Shown here: positions 46,849 to 57,451 of the stretch, piece by piece
Position numbering within the stretch: position 1 is the first letter of the stretch
Layout of the letters: each line of letters opens with the position of its first letter
Source of the DNA: Phenylobacterium sp.
GTDB taxonomy: Bacteria > Pseudomonadota > Alphaproteobacteria > Caulobacterales > Caulobacteraceae
Assembly (NCBI GenBank): GCA_040391295.1
Contig: JBEBYB010000006.1
Location: 16 to 64,015, forward strand
Reading direction: 5' to 3'
Length of the DNA: 64,000 nt
Notes under the pieces: model-generated
The model's database searches: none
The model's input: the letters and a program-made list of their open reading frames with translations, nothing else
What the model was told of the DNA's origin: nothing
Program-made: the position numbers and the translations under genes

Positions 46849-48278
46849 GTCCGCGCGTAGTCGTCCTCGAAACGGACGATGTCATCCTCGCCGAGATAGC
46901 CGCCCGATTGAACCTCGATCACGCTGAGCGGCTGGTCTCCGGGATTGGCCAACCGGTGGCGCGCGCCCTGCGGGATGAAAACGGACTCATTGGCCCGGAC
47001 CAGGACTTCCTCGTCCCCGATGGTGGCCAGGGCGACGCCGCTGACGACCACCCAATGTTCGGCGCGATGGGCGTGGCTCTGCAGCGACAGCTTGCAGCCC
47101 GGCGCGACGGTGATCCGCTTGACCTGAAAACCCTCGCCGCTGACGACGCTCTCATACCAGCCCCACGGCCGGCGCACCTGCCGCGCCTGAGTGGCCGGCT
47201 CGCGGCCGGCGGCGCGCAGCAGTTCGACGATACGCCCCACATCTTGTTCCGAGCCGCGATCAGCGACCAGCACGGCGTCCGGAGTCGCCACCACGATCAG
47301 GTCACGGACCCCCAGCGTGGCCACCAGCGGCCCCTCGCTGCGGACATAGGAGTTGGTCGTCGCCTCGGCGAAGGCCTCGCCGATCAGCACGTTCCCGTCA
47401 GCGGTCTTCTCGCCAAACGCCCAGAGCGCCGACCAGGCCCCGACGTCGGTCCAATCGAACTGGGCCTTGACCACTATCAGCCGGTCGGTCCGCTCGGTCA
47501 GGGCGTGGTCCAGGGAAATCGAGGGTCCGGCCTCGAAGGCGGCTTCGTCCAACCGTACAAAGTCCAGGTCGCGCCGCGCGTCCTCCAGCGCTCGTTTCGC
47601 CGCCAGCAGAACGCCCGGTTCATGGCGTTCCAATTCGTCGATCACCAACTGAGCCGGCGCCAGCAACAGGCCGCTGTTCCAGAGGTGCCCGCCGCCTTTC
47701 AGCATCGCCTCTGCGGTGATCGGGCTGGGCTTTTCGATAAACTGCTCGACGCGATAGGCGTCGGGGTCGCTCTCCAACGCCGCCCCTGGCCGGATGTAGC
47801 CGTAATCAGGGATCGGCGAAGTCGGGACAACACCGAACAGCACCACAAAGCCGCGCGCCGCGATCCCCGCGGCCTGGTCCACCGCCGCCAGGAATTTGGC
47901 GGTGTCGCGCACGACATGGTCGGCCGGCATGACCAGGATCAACGCCGCTGGGTCCAGATCGCGGGCGAGCAAGGCCGCCACCGCAGTCGGCGCGGCGGTG
48001 TTGCGGCCGGTCGGCTCCAAGGCGATGAGCGGCTCCTTCGCCCCGATCAGGCGAAGCTGCTCGGCGATCGTAAAGCGGTGTTCGGCGTTAGCGACGACGA
48101 TCAGCGGCTCAAACCGTGCCGGGTCCGACACCCGCGCGGCGGCCGATTGGAGCAGCGTCAGGTCTTCCGTCAGCGACAACAATTGCTTTGGATGGCTCTC
48201 GCGCGACGCCGGCCACAGCCGTGCGCCCGTCCCGCCCGAGAGCAGCACCGGGAAGATCCTGGAACCACGCGTGCTCAC
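46845..48278 (-). CDS. manC: mannose-1-phosphate guanylyltransferase / mannose-6-phosphate isomerase
   Basis: 477 aa. N-terminal LSGGTGARLWP and a C-terminal cupin (QSHAHRAEHWVVVSG). Confidence 0.92.
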   Translation of the reverse strand: MSTRGSRIFPVLLSGGTGARLWPASRESHPKQLLSLTEDLTLLQSAAARVSDPARFEPLIVVANAEHRFTIAEQLRLIGAKEPLIALEPTGRNTAAPTAVAALLARDLDPAALILVMPADHVVRDTAKFLAAVDQAAGIAARGFVVLFGVVPTSPIPDYGYIRPGAALESDPDAYRVEQFIEKPSPITAEAMLKGGGHLWNSGLLLAPAQLVIDELERHEPGVLLAAKRALEDARRDLDFVRLDEAAFEAGPSISLDHALTERTDRLIVVKAQFDWTDVGAWSALWAFGEKTADGNVLIGEAFAEATTNSYVRSEGPLVATLGVRDLIVVATPDAVLVADRGSEQDVGRIVELLRAAGREPATQARQVRRPWGWYESVVSGEGFQVKRITVAPGCKLSLQSHAHRAEHWVVVSGVALATIGDEEVLVRANESVFIPQGARHRLANPGDQPLSVIEVQSGGYLGEDDIVRFEDDYART

Positions 48279-48460
48279 GAAAACCCTCTTCTCGACCGCG
48301 CCGATTCAAGGGCGCGCGCCAGCCTATGGCACGGCTGAGGCAAGAACACGCCCTGACGAATGCCGAGCCGCGGCCTATTTGATCGTTGTGTTGATGGTCA
48401 AGCGGCGCCCCGCTCGCTAGCCTTGGCCCGAAGCTTCTGGGCGTCGGAGAGGAATTTCAA

Positions 48461-49216
48461 ATGAATCGCATCCCGGCCGCGATAGCCGCCGCACTCCTCG
48501 CCTTGGCCATTTCCAGCGCTGTGCAAGCCGAACCGGTCGACGTCGTCGTGCGGGCGCTCAGCAAGGACGCCAAGTTCATCGGCGACGGCATGGGCGGCGT
48601 TCAGGTCACCCTCACCGACGCTGTCACCGGCCACGAACTGGCCAAGGGGCTGATCACCGGCACGACCGGCGACACCCAGAGGATCATGGTCGCCCCGCGC
48701 CAACGCGGCGCCGTCCTCTCCACGCCCGACGCCGCCGCGTTCCGGACGACGCTAAACCTGGATCGCCCGACCCTGGTCAAGGTCGAGGCCGTGGGTCCTC
48801 TCGGCAAACCTCACGCCCAGATCACCGTCACGTCCATGAAGTGGCTGCTGCCCGGCCAACCGCTGACCGGCGACGGCTGGCTGCTGGAGTTTCCCGGCCT
48901 CGTCGTCGAGCCGGCCTGGAGCGTCGAGGCCGGCGGCCTGAAGATCGACGCCAAGGTCACCTTGATGTGCGGTTGCCCGATCGAGCCCGGCGGCCTCTGG
49001 GACGCCGCCAAGTACGACGTGCAAGCGACCCTGTTGAACGGCGGCGAAACTCTCTCCACCACCACGCTCGCCTACGCCGGAAAGCCGTCGACCTTCGCCG
49101 GAAGACTGCCGGCGCCGAAGGCTGGCGCCTATCGCTTGCGCGTCATCGCGACCAACCCCGAGACCGGGAACACCGGCGTGGTGGAGCAGCCTGTAAGCGT
49201 CACACAGGGACGATGA
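48461..49216 (+). CDS. secreted hypothetical protein
   Basis: Signal peptide [23 protein letters not shown]. No recognisable family. Confidence 0.55.
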   Translation: MNRIPAAIAAALLALAISSAVQAEPVDVVVRALSKDAKFIGDGMGGVQVTLTDAVTGHELAKGLITGTTGDTQRIMVAPRQRGAVLSTPDAAAFRTTLNLDRPTLVKVEAVGPLGKPHAQITVTSMKWLLPGQPLTGDGWLLEFPGLVVEPAWSVEAGGLKIDAKVTLMCGCPIEPGGLWDAAKYDVQATLLNGGETLSTTTLAYAGKPSTFAGRLPAPKAGAYRLRVIATNPETGNTGVVEQPVSVTQGR

Positions 49217-49265
49217 TCGGACTTCCAGGACCAGCGCCCCTCGCCTTCGGTCTTGGAGCGCCTAT

Positions 49266-50288
49266 ATGGCGCTGATGGTTGATCTCTCGGTTCTAGACTT
49301 GTCGCCCATCGTCGAAGGCGGCGATGCGGCCCAATCCCTCCGCAACACCCGTGACTTGGCGCAACACGCCGAGCGGCTCGGCTACCGTCGCTATTGGCTG
49401 GCCGAGCACCACAACATGACCGGGGTGGCGAGCGCCGCCACCGCCGTGGTCATCGGCCATGTCGCGGGCGGCACCTCGACGATCCGCGTCGGCGCCGGCG
49501 GCGTGATGCTGCCGAATCACGCGCCGCTGGTGATCGCCGAGCAGTTCGGGACCTTGGCCGCGCTCTATCCGGGCCGCATAGACCTGGGCCTTGGCCGCGC
49601 GCCAGGTTCGGATCAGGCGACGGCGCGCGCGTTACGTCGCAACCTCGCGGGCGACATCGACCAGTTCCCGCGCGATGTCATCGAGTTGATGGACTACTTC
49701 AAGCCGGCGCAGCCGGGCCAACAGATCCAGGCGGTGCCGGGGGCTGGTCTCGACGTCGATTTCTGGATCCTGGGCTCCAGCACCTATGGCGCGCAGCTCG
49801 CCGCAGCGCTCGGCCTGCCCTATGCCTTCGCCTCGCACTTCGCGCCCAGCCAGCTTGAGAGCGCGCTAGCCATTTATCGCAGCCAGTTCCGGCCCTCCGA
49901 GCATCTGGCCAAGCCCTATGTGATGCTGGGCGTCAACGTCACCGCGGCCGAGACCGACGAAGAGGCCGAACGGCTCTTCACCTCGCTGAAGCAGGCCTTC
50001 ATCAATCTGGGTCAGGGACGTCCGGGTCCGTTGCCGCGCCCCGTCGATGATCCGCATCGTCAATTGGATGAGATCGGCGGCCCGATGCTGCGCCAGAGCC
50101 TGAGCTGTTCGATTGTCGGTTCGGCCGAGCGCGTTCGCCAAGGTCTGGCGGACTTCGTCAAGCGCACTGGCGCCGATGAACTGATGGTCACCGCGCAGAT
50201 CTACGACCACGCCGCGCGGGTCCGATCGTTCGAGATTACCGCCCAGGCGCGCGATGAACTCGCGCGCCTGGCGGCCGTACCAGCTTAG
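49266..50288 (+). CDS. LLM-class (luciferase-like) flavin-dependent oxidoreductase
   Basis: 340 aa. [11 protein letters not shown] and [12 protein letters not shown] motifs typical of the YhbW-like LLM family. Confidence 0.88.
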   Translation: MALMVDLSVLDLSPIVEGGDAAQSLRNTRDLAQHAERLGYRRYWLAEHHNMTGVASAATAVVIGHVAGGTSTIRVGAGGVMLPNHAPLVIAEQFGTLAALYPGRIDLGLGRAPGSDQATARALRRNLAGDIDQFPRDVIELMDYFKPAQPGQQIQAVPGAGLDVDFWILGSSTYGAQLAAALGLPYAFASHFAPSQLESALAIYRSQFRPSEHLAKPYVMLGVNVTAAETDEEAERLFTSLKQAFINLGQGRPGPLPRPVDDPHRQLDEIGGPMLRQSLSCSIVGSAERVRQGLADFVKRTGADELMVTAQIYDHAARVRSFEITAQARDELARLAAVPA

Positions 50289-50461
50289 GAGTTGTCTTCG
50301 GTCGGGGCTTCCGGACCGTTCTTCTTGATGGACTCGATCGCCTTCTGGGCGCTGGCCTTGGACGTATAGCCCTCGGTCGCGAAGATCACTTCGCTATTGT
50401 ACTTGAAGCGAACCCGAAACTCGCCAGCCTTGTCTTTGTAGATTTCAAACTTATGCGCCAC
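50285..50461 (-). CDS. DUF1508 (YegP-like) small protein
   Basis: Not in the ORF track (58 aa, GTG start 50461 with GGAGA 6 nt upstream). Product (M)[48 protein letters not shown]... matches the YegP repeat. Confidence 0.75.
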   Translation of the reverse strand: MAHKFEIYKDKAGEFRVRFKYNSEVIFATEGYTSKASAQKAIESIKKNGPEAPTEDNS

Positions 50462-50651
50462 TGATCGTCTCCATTGGACCGTTGAACTATCTCACCCGCC
50501 CCGGGGCGCAGACTTGGGCGCCGCCCGGCCCGGGTCAAGCCCGGTCCGCTCGGGCGCCGCCACACTACGGTCACGCTCCGACGAGACTTTGCAAGCTTGG
50601 AAATCGCTTCCCATCTAAGGGCCATCTGTCCCCCTGGACCTGGAGATCGCC

Positions 50652-51155
50652 ATGCGCGCCTTGCTTCTCGCCACCTTCGCGACCCTGGCGTTAGCCGGGT
50701 CCGCCAACGCCGCCGATCCGCTGTCCACCGTCTCGAGCGTTGAGGTTAAACTCAGCCCCGAACTCCAGAAGAAGGCCGTCGAGGACTACGGCGTCCGGGA
50801 CGTCCAGCGCCTGGCCGACGAGTTGAAGAAGGACGTCGAACGCGAACTGCGGCGAACAGGCGTGCTGGCCGGCGGCCGGGTCGAGCTGACGCTCGTCGAT
50901 GCACAGCCGAACCGGCCGACTTTCAAACAACTCGGCGACCGACCAGGCCTCTCCATGGAGAGCTTCGGCGTCGGCGGCGCGGCCATAGAGGGCCAGGCGA
51001 TCTCGGTCGACGGCCACGTCACGCCGGTTCGCTACAATTGGTACGAAAGCGACATCCGCCAGGCCCGCGCCTCCACGACCTGGTCGGACGCCGAGCGCGC
51101 CATCGATCGGTTCGCGTTCCAGCTCGGCCGCGGCGACGCCTACGCGCGCCGATAA
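50652..51155 (+). CDS. secreted hypothetical protein
   Basis: Signal peptide MRALLLATFATLALAGSANA. No recognisable family. Confidence 0.5.
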   Translation: MRALLLATFATLALAGSANAADPLSTVSSVEVKLSPELQKKAVEDYGVRDVQRLADELKKDVERELRRTGVLAGGRVELTLVDAQPNRPTFKQLGDRPGLSMESFGVGGAAIEGQAISVDGHVTPVRYNWYESDIRQARASTTWSDAERAIDRFAFQLGRGDAYARR

Positions 51156-51249
51156 CGCCGATAGGCCTTGCCTCACAGAACGCCGCGCTGTCTGATCCAC
51201 GCCGCCCACCGGAGCGTTTGTAAGCCGGGCGTATTAGGGGAAGAGTGAG

Positions 51250-52674
51250 ATGACCGCGCAGGCGGACCGGCGTTCCAACTGGACTTTGGCGGCGCTCGCC
51301 GCCCCTTGTCTCCCGCTGGCGGGCCTGGGCCTGCCGCTCGTGGTCTATCTTCCCGAATATTACACGAATCAGCTGGGCCTCAGCCTGGCCTCGGTCGGCG
51401 CGGCCTTCGGGGCGGTGCGCCTGCTCGACATGGCCTTCGACCCCTATATCGGCGGCGTGATGGACCGCACCCGTTCGCGCTTCGGGCGGTTCAAGCTGTG
51501 GTTCGCCATCAGCGCGCCGATCCTGATGCTGGCCTCCTACATGTTGTTCATGGCCAAGCCCGGGGTCAGCAGCCTCTACCTCTGGCTCTGGCTGCTGGTG
51601 GTCTATGCCGGCGTCTCGATCGCCGGCCTGTCGCAGCTGGCCTGGGCCGCGGTGCTCTCGCCGCAGTACGACCAGCGATCAAGAATCTATGGCTGGTGGC
51701 AGGCTGGCAACGTGGTCGGCATGATCCTGGTGCTCACCCTTCCGGCCCTGCTCCCCCTACTGGGCTTCAAGGGGCACGGCTCGGGCGTGCAGGCCATGGG
51801 CTGGTTCATCGTCATCCTGATGCCCATCACGGTCGCGCTCGCCCTGTGGAAGGTGCCTGAGCCGCAGGTGGTCTCCGAGGTCAAGAAATCCGGCTTCCGA
51901 GAATATCTTGCGCTCTTCAAGCGCCCATCGGTGGTCCGCATTCTGGTCGCCGATCTGTTGATCGGCACCGGCCCGGCGATCACCGGCGCGCTGTTCTTCT
52001 TCTTTTTCGGCCGGGTGAAGGGCTTCAGCCACGCCGAGGCCAGCCTGCTGCTGCTGATCTACTTCATCGGCGGCCTGGTCGGCGCGCCGCTGTGGACGTG
52101 GCTTTCGTACAAGATCTCCAAGCACAAGGCCTTGGCCGTCTCCGGCGTCGTCTATGCGGGCCTGACCATGTGCTCGCTGATGATCCCGCAGGGCGCGATG
52201 ATCCCGGCTGCCGTCCTGATGTTCATGATCGGCGTTCCCTTCGCCGCCGGCGCTTTTCTGCTCCGCGCCATGATGGCCGATATTGGCGATGAAGAGCGGC
52301 TGGCCAGCGGCGTCGACCGCACCGGCCTGCTCTATGCGATCCTCTCCGGCACGGTGAAGATCGGTTCGGCCGCGGCGATCTTCATCACCTTCCCCCTCCT
52401 TCAGTTGATGGGTTTCGACCCCAAGGGCCAGGGCGTCGACACCGGCCTGCAAGGTCTGGCGATCCTCTTCGCTGCGGTCCCGGCGGCCATGTCGATCATC
52501 GCCAGCTTCATCGTCTGGGGCTTCCCGCTGACCGCTGAACGCCATGCCGAGATTCGCGCGGGCCTGGCGGCGCGCGATATGAAGGAGCCCGGCCTCGCCG
52601 AGGCCGCGCCCGAAATGGGCTCCGCCCCCCTGCTGACCAAAGAAATCAATGCCGCTGTCCGCCCCGCCGAATGA
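51250..52674 (+). CDS. MFS/GPH-family (glycoside-pentoside-hexuronide:cation symporter-like) transporter
   Basis: 474 aa with 12 TM helices. GPH signature DPYIGGVMDRTRSRFGRFK after TM2. Confidence 0.82.
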   Translation: MTAQADRRSNWTLAALAAPCLPLAGLGLPLVVYLPEYYTNQLGLSLASVGAAFGAVRLLDMAFDPYIGGVMDRTRSRFGRFKLWFAISAPILMLASYMLFMAKPGVSSLYLWLWLLVVYAGVSIAGLSQLAWAAVLSPQYDQRSRIYGWWQAGNVVGMILVLTLPALLPLLGFKGHGSGVQAMGWFIVILMPITVALALWKVPEPQVVSEVKKSGFREYLALFKRPSVVRILVADLLIGTGPAITGALFFFFFGRVKGFSHAEASLLLLIYFIGGLVGAPLWTWLSYKISKHKALAVSGVVYAGLTMCSLMIPQGAMIPAAVLMFMIGVPFAAGAFLLRAMMADIGDEERLASGVDRTGLLYAILSGTVKIGSAAAIFITFPLLQLMGFDPKGQGVDTGLQGLAILFAAVPAAMSIIASFIVWGFPLTAERHAEIRAGLAARDMKEPGLAEAAPEMGSAPLLTKEINAAVRPAE

Positions 52675-53464
52675 CGAGAAGCCCATCGACCGACTGATCG
52701 CCATCATGGCGAGGTTGCGCGACCCACAGACCGGTTGCGCCTGGGATCTGGAACAGACCTTCGCGACCATCGCGCCCTATACGGTCGAGGAAGCCTATGA
52801 GGTCGCCGACGCCATCGAGCGCGGCGATCTCTCCGACCTGCGCGAGGAACTGGGCGATCTGCTGCTGCAGGTCGTCTTCCATAGCCGGATGGGCGAGGAG
52901 CAAGGCGCCTTCGCCTTCGACGACGTGGCCAACGCCATTTCCGAGAAGATGATCCGCCGCCATCCGCACGTCTTCGGCCCCGAGAGCCAGCGCACCAGCG
53001 CCGAACAGACCCAGGCCTGGGAAGTCATCAAGGCCCAGGAGCGGGCGACCAAGGGCAAGAACAAGAGCTTGCTGGACGACGTCCCGACCGGTCTGCCTGC
53101 CCTGACCCGAGCGGTGAAGCTGACCGCGCGCGCCGCCCGCGTCGGCTTCGACTGGCCCGACGTCTCCCTTATCTTCGACAAGCTGCGCGAGGAGACCGCC
53201 GAGTTGGAAGCCGAGATCGCGGCTGACGACAAGGCCAAGATGCGCGATGAGCTGGGCGACATCCTGTTTGTCTGCGCCAATCTGGCTCGTAAGCTCGACA
53301 TCGAGCCGGAGGACGCCCTGCGCTCCACCAACGCCAAGTTCGCGCGGCGCTTTCAGTTCATCGAGGCCGAGCTGGCCGCCGGCGGCAAGACGCCAGGCGA
53401 CTCCGATCTGGCCGAGATGGATGCGCTGTGGGACGCGGCGAAGGCGGCTGAGAAAGCCGGCTAA
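52649..53464 (+). CDS. mazG: nucleoside triphosphate pyrophosphohydrolase MazG
   Basis: 271 aa. Two MazG EExxE-type domains (EEAYEVADAIE; ELGDILF). Confidence 0.92.
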   Translation: MPLSAPPNDEKPIDRLIAIMARLRDPQTGCAWDLEQTFATIAPYTVEEAYEVADAIERGDLSDLREELGDLLLQVVFHSRMGEEQGAFAFDDVANAISEKMIRRHPHVFGPESQRTSAEQTQAWEVIKAQERATKGKNKSLLDDVPTGLPALTRAVKLTARAARVGFDWPDVSLIFDKLREETAELEAEIAADDKAKMRDELGDILFVCANLARKLDIEPEDALRSTNAKFARRFQFIEAELAAGGKTPGDSDLAEMDALWDAAKAAEKAG

Positions 53465-53479
53465 CGCACCACCCGATGG

Positions 53480-53515
53480 TCGTCATGGCTGGAGGTGATC
53501 CCAACCATGACGAGC
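53480..53515. repeat. short palindromic repeat element (mini copy) sharing termini with 61092-61203
   Basis: TCGTCATGGC (53480-53489) ... ATGACGAGCTA (53507-53517 region). A 9-bp stem TCGTCATGG/CCATGACGA. Lies between the convergent mazG and hflX genes. Confidence 0.6.
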
Positions 53516-53526
53516 TATCGAGGGGC

Positions 53527-54843
53527 CTATAGCGGGCTCAGATCAACCTTCGGGAACAGTTGCTCGAACTGCCCCAGGGCTTGCGGCTCCAGGCGAACGG
53601 CGAGCCGCACACCGCCTTCGTCATCTTCGATCCGGTCCAGCACCCGGCCATGCCGGTAGAGCCAGGCCACCGCCGCGCCCTGGGCCGGCGTCGCATAGAC
53701 CGAGACCGGCGGCGCATCGTCCACCAGGCGAGCGACGGCTTCGAGCAGGGCCTCGCAGCCCTCCCCGCTGACCGCCGACACCAGGACCGCCGGCGGGTTC
53801 GAACGCCGCGCGTCGCCCTGCAGATGCTCGCGGGTTTCCTCGTCGACCAGGTCGGCCTTGTTCCAGACCTCGACGAAATTGCGGTCGGCGACCTCGATCC
53901 CCAGGCGTGACAGCACGGCGCGCACGTCGGCGGCCTCTGCGTCGCTGTTTTCGCTGGCGATGTCGCGGACATGCAAGATGACGTCGGCCTCCTTCACCTC
54001 CTCAAGGGTGGCGCGGAACGACTCGACCAGTTCGTGCGGCAGATCGGAGATGAAGCCCACCGTGTCCGACAGGATCGCCGGCCGGCCGTCAGGCAAGTTC
54101 AGCATTCGCAGCGTCGGATCGAGCGTAGCGAACAGCATGTCCTCGGCCACCACCTCGGCGTTGGTCAGCCGGTTGAACAGCGTCGACTTGCCGGCGTTGG
54201 TGTAGCCGACCAGGGCCACGGCCGGGAACGGGTGGCGCTGGCGCGCGCCACGCTGGAGGTTGCGCGTGCGGCGCACCTCGACCAACTCGCGCTTCAGCTT
54301 GCTGATCTTCTCGGCCAACAGCCGACGGTCGGTTTCGATCTGGGTTTCGCCAGGACCGCCCATCACCCCGAAACCGCCGCGTTGGCGTTCAAGGTGGGTC
54401 CAGGTGCGAACCAGGCGCGAGCGCTCGTAGGAGAGCCTGGCCAGTTCGACCTGCAGGATGCCTTCGCGGGTCCGGGCGCGGCGGGCGAAGATCTCGAGGA
54501 TCATGCCGGTACGGTCCATCACCTTGACCTGCCAGGCCTTCTCCAGATTGCGCTGCTGGACGGGCGTCAGGGCGTCATCGACGACGGCGACATCCACGTC
54601 GAGCTGGAAGCAAAGCTCCCCGATCTCGATGACCTTGCCGCTGCCGAACAGGGTGGCGGGGGTGCGTTTGCGCAACGGCGCGGTGATCGCGTCGCGGATT
54701 TCGAGATCAAGGGCCTCGGCGAGCCCCACGGCCTCGTCCAAGCGCGCCTTGGCGCTCCGGGGCGAGCCGCGGGCGTCACGCTCGGGATGGATGACAAGCG
54801 CCTTTTGAGCCGGCGCTTCACGGTCGATCAACTTCGAGGTCAA
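53527..54843 (-). CDS. hflX: GTPase HflX
   Basis: 438 aa. G-motifs [14 protein letters not shown] and NKAD. TTG start overlapping the hfq stop. Confidence 0.95.
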   Translation of the reverse strand: MTSKLIDREAPAQKALVIHPERDARGSPRSAKARLDEAVGLAEALDLEIRDAITAPLRKRTPATLFGSGKVIEIGELCFQLDVDVAVVDDALTPVQQRNLEKAWQVKVMDRTGMILEIFARRARTREGILQVELARLSYERSRLVRTWTHLERQRGGFGVMGGPGETQIETDRRLLAEKISKLKRELVEVRRTRNLQRGARQRHPFPAVALVGYTNAGKSTLFNRLTNAEVVAEDMLFATLDPTLRMLNLPDGRPAILSDTVGFISDLPHELVESFRATLEEVKEADVILHVRDIASENSDAEAADVRAVLSRLGIEVADRNFVEVWNKADLVDEETREHLQGDARRSNPPAVLVSAVSGEGCEALLEAVARLVDDAPPVSVYATPAQGAAVAWLYRHGRVLDRIEDDEGGVRLAVRLEPQALGQFEQLFPKVDLSPL

Positions 54844-55091
54844 TCCGCCTCGTCTTCCGCAGGCTCATACAACTGAACAGGTTGAGCCGGCATGATGGTG
54901 GAGATAGCGTGCTTGTAGACCAGTTGCGACTGGCCGTCCCGGCGCAGCAGCACACAGAAATTGTCGAACCAGCTCACGACGCCCTGAAGCTTGACGCCGT
55001 TCACAAGGAAGATGGTCAGCGGCGTCTTCGATTTACGGACGCTGTTCAGGAACGTGTCCTGAAGGTTTTGTTTCTTTTCATTGTTGGACAT
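54840..55091 (-). CDS. hfq: RNA chaperone Hfq
   Basis: Start at ATG 55091. The 83-aa product ...[58 protein letters not shown] carries the Sm1/Sm2 motifs. Confidence 0.97.
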   Translation of the reverse strand: MSNNEKKQNLQDTFLNSVRKSKTPLTIFLVNGVKLQGVVSWFDNFCVLLRRDGQSQLVYKHAISTIMPAQPVQLYEPAEDEAD

Positions 55092-55191
55092 GGCTTGTCG
55101 CCCTTTGTTCTGGTTCGGGGGGTAAGACACCCCCCACACACACGAGTGAGGCTAGACCGACCCGCATCACGGGCGCAATCGCGCCTGTCAG

Positions 55192-56055
55192 TCAGATGGC
55201 CGTGGCCCTCGCCCGCTCGATATAGAGGCGCCGGAGCTTCATCGCCACCGGTCCGACCACGCCATCCCCAACAGGTTTGTCGTCGACGGCGATCACGGGC
55301 AGCACCAGACTGCCGGCGCCGGTGATGAAAGCCTCCTTGGCGGCCAGCGCTTCGGCCGCGGTGAAGGGCCGCTCATCGACCTTCACGCCCTCGTCCCGGA
55401 GCACGTCCAGCAAGGTGTAGCGGGTGACGCCCCGCAGTATGTTGGCGTTGGTGTCGCGGGTCCGCAGCGTGCCGTCGGCGTCCACGATCCAGGCGTTCGA
55501 GGATGATCCTTCGGTGACGAAGCCGAGGTCATCGACGAACCAAGCCTCGGCCGCGCCACGCTCCTTGGCCGCCTGCTTGGCGAGCGCGTTCGGCAACAGG
55601 CCGACGGTCTTTATGTCGCACCGGCCCCAGCGGTTCTCCGGCGTGGTGATGACCTTTACGCCCTTCGCGGCCTTGGCCTCGGTCGCGACGCGATCGACGG
55701 CCGACACCGTGATCACGATGCTCGGCGCCACCGGCTCATCGGGGAAGGCGTGGCCGCGAGTCGCGACCCCGCGTCCGACCTGCAGATAGACTAGGCCTTC
55801 GCGGACGCGGTTCTGACGCACGGCCTCGCGTAGCACGATGGTCAGCGCCTCGCGGCTCATCGGCATCGGAATGCGCAGTTCGCCAAGGCTGCGCTCGAGA
55901 CGCGCGAAATGTCCCTCCGGGTCGGCCAGCTTGCCGCCGAAAAGGGCCCAGACCTCATAGACCGCGTCGGCCAGTTGATAGCCGCGGTCCTCGATGTGGA
56001 CCACAGCCTGGTCGTGCCGAACGAACTGGCCGTTCACATAGGCGATACGCCCCAA
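55192..56055 (-). CDS. dat: D-amino-acid (class IV) aminotransferase
   Basis: 287 aa, fold-type IV aminotransferase sequence. Starts 1 nt after the ntrX stop. Confidence 0.85.
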   Translation of the reverse strand: MGRIAYVNGQFVRHDQAVVHIEDRGYQLADAVYEVWALFGGKLADPEGHFARLERSLGELRIPMPMSREALTIVLREAVRQNRVREGLVYLQVGRGVATRGHAFPDEPVAPSIVITVSAVDRVATEAKAAKGVKVITTPENRWGRCDIKTVGLLPNALAKQAAKERGAAEAWFVDDLGFVTEGSSSNAWIVDADGTLRTRDTNANILRGVTRYTLLDVLRDEGVKVDERPFTAAEALAAKEAFITGAGSLVLPVIAVDDKPVGDGVVGPVAMKLRRLYIERARATAI

Positions 56056-56056
56056 C

Positions 56057-57451
56057 TTACGCGTCCTCTTCTTCCAACGGCCGGGCGCCCGAGAGGCCCA
56101 GCGACTTGAGTTTGCGGTGCAGCGCCGAACGCTCCATGCCGATGAAGGCCGCCGTCCGCGAGATATTGCCCGAGAAGCGCAGCATCTGAGCGTTCAGGTA
56201 CTCGCGCTCGAACACCTCGCGCGCCTCGCGCAGCGGCAGGGCGATGATCTTCTCCGCGCCCAGGTTCGAGGGTTGGTCGGAGATCGCGGCGTCGCCCGGC
56301 AGCATGTCGGCGGTGATCGCCTCGCTGGGATCGCCGGCCGCCAGGATCAGCATTCGCTCCACATTGTTGCGAAGCTGGCTGAGATTACCCGGCCAGGCGC
56401 GAACCTGCAGCGTCGCCAAGGCGTCGTCGGCCAGCCGGCGGCGCGACATGCCGGTCGCCTCGCAAATCCGGGTGATGAAGTACTCGATTAGCTCTGGGAT
56501 ATCCTCGCGGCGCTCGGCTAGGCCCGGGACGCTCACCGGCACCACGTTCAGGCGGTGGAACAGATCCTCGCGGAAGCGGCCGGCGGTGATCTCCTCACGC
56601 AGGTCGCGGCAGGTGGACGAGACCACCCGGACATCGACCTGGACGTCGGCGTCGCCGCCCACCCGCCGGAAGCGTTGCTCGACCAGGACCCGCAGGATGC
56701 GGCTCTGGGTTTCACGCGGCATGTCGGCAACTTCGTCCAGATAGAGCGTGCCGCCGTGGGCGCGCTCGAACACGCCGATCTTGGCCGGCCGGCCGCCCTC
56801 AAGCTCTTCGCCGAACAGTTCGGAGTCGACCCGTTCGGGCGTCATGCCCGCGGCGCTGATCGCCACGAACTCGTTGCGGGCGCGCGGACTAGCGCCATGG
56901 ATCAACCGCGCCACCGTCTCCTTGCCCGATCCGGGAGGCCCTGCGATCAGCACCCGGCTGTTGGCCGAGGCCAGCTTGCCGATCAGGCCGCGCAGTTGCT
57001 GGGTGACGACCGACTTGCCGATCAGGCCGTCCGGCTGGATCGTCTGAGCCCGCAGCCGCCGGTTCTCGCGCTTCAGGTTGCTGGTCTCCAGCGCCCGCTC
57101 GACGCAAAGCAACAGCCGGTCGGATTTGAACGGCTTTTCGAGAAACTCATAGGCGCCGCGCTTGATGGCGCTGACGGCGGTTTCGATATTGCCGTGGCCC
57201 GAAATCATGATCACCGGAATGTCGGCGTCGAGTTCCTTGACCAAGTCAAGCAACTCCAAACCGTCCATCCCACCGCCCTGCATCCAGATATCGAGGATCA
57301 GCAGGGCCGGTTTACGCGACTTCACGGCCGCCAAGGCGCTTTCGGAGTCGTTCGCCGTGCGCACCGCATAGCCTTCGTCCGACAGGATGCCGGCCACCAA
57401 CTCGCGGATATCAGCCTCGTCGTCGACCACAAGAACGTCAGCCGCCATCAT
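56057..57451 (-). CDS. ntrX: response regulator NtrX (REC-AAA+-HTH)
   Basis: 464 aa. Receiver domain, Walker A GPPGSGKE and a C-terminal Fis-type HTH. No GAFTGA loop. Confidence 0.92.
   Translation of the reverse strand: MMAADVLVVDDEADIRELVAGILSDEGYAVRTANDSESALAAVKSRKPALLILDIWMQGGGMDGLELLDLVKELDADIPVIMISGHGNIETAVSAIKRGAYEFLEKPFKSDRLLLCVERALETSNLKRENRRLRAQTIQPDGLIGKSVVTQQLRGLIGKLASANSRVLIAGPPGSGKETVARLIHGASPRARNEFVAISAAGMTPERVDSELFGEELEGGRPAKIGVFERAHGGTLYLDEVADMPRETQSRILRVLVEQRFRRVGGDADVQVDVRVVSSTCRDLREEITAGRFREDLFHRLNVVPVSVPGLAERREDIPELIEYFITRICEATGMSRRRLADDALATLQVRAWPGNLSQLRNNVERMLILAAGDPSEAITADMLPGDAAISDQPSNLGAEKIIALPLREAREVFEREYLNAQMLRFSGNISRTAAFIGMERSALHRKLKSLGLSGARPLEEEDA

Noticed and set aside
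48327-48342. Sigma-54-like element TGGCACGGCTGAGGCA, 119 bp upstream of the secreted-protein gene at 48461.
   Set aside because: GG and GC are correctly spaced, but the -12 region is AGGCA rather than TTGCA. Both bEBPs in the window lack GAFTGA. A single weak match in GC-rich DNA is expected by chance.
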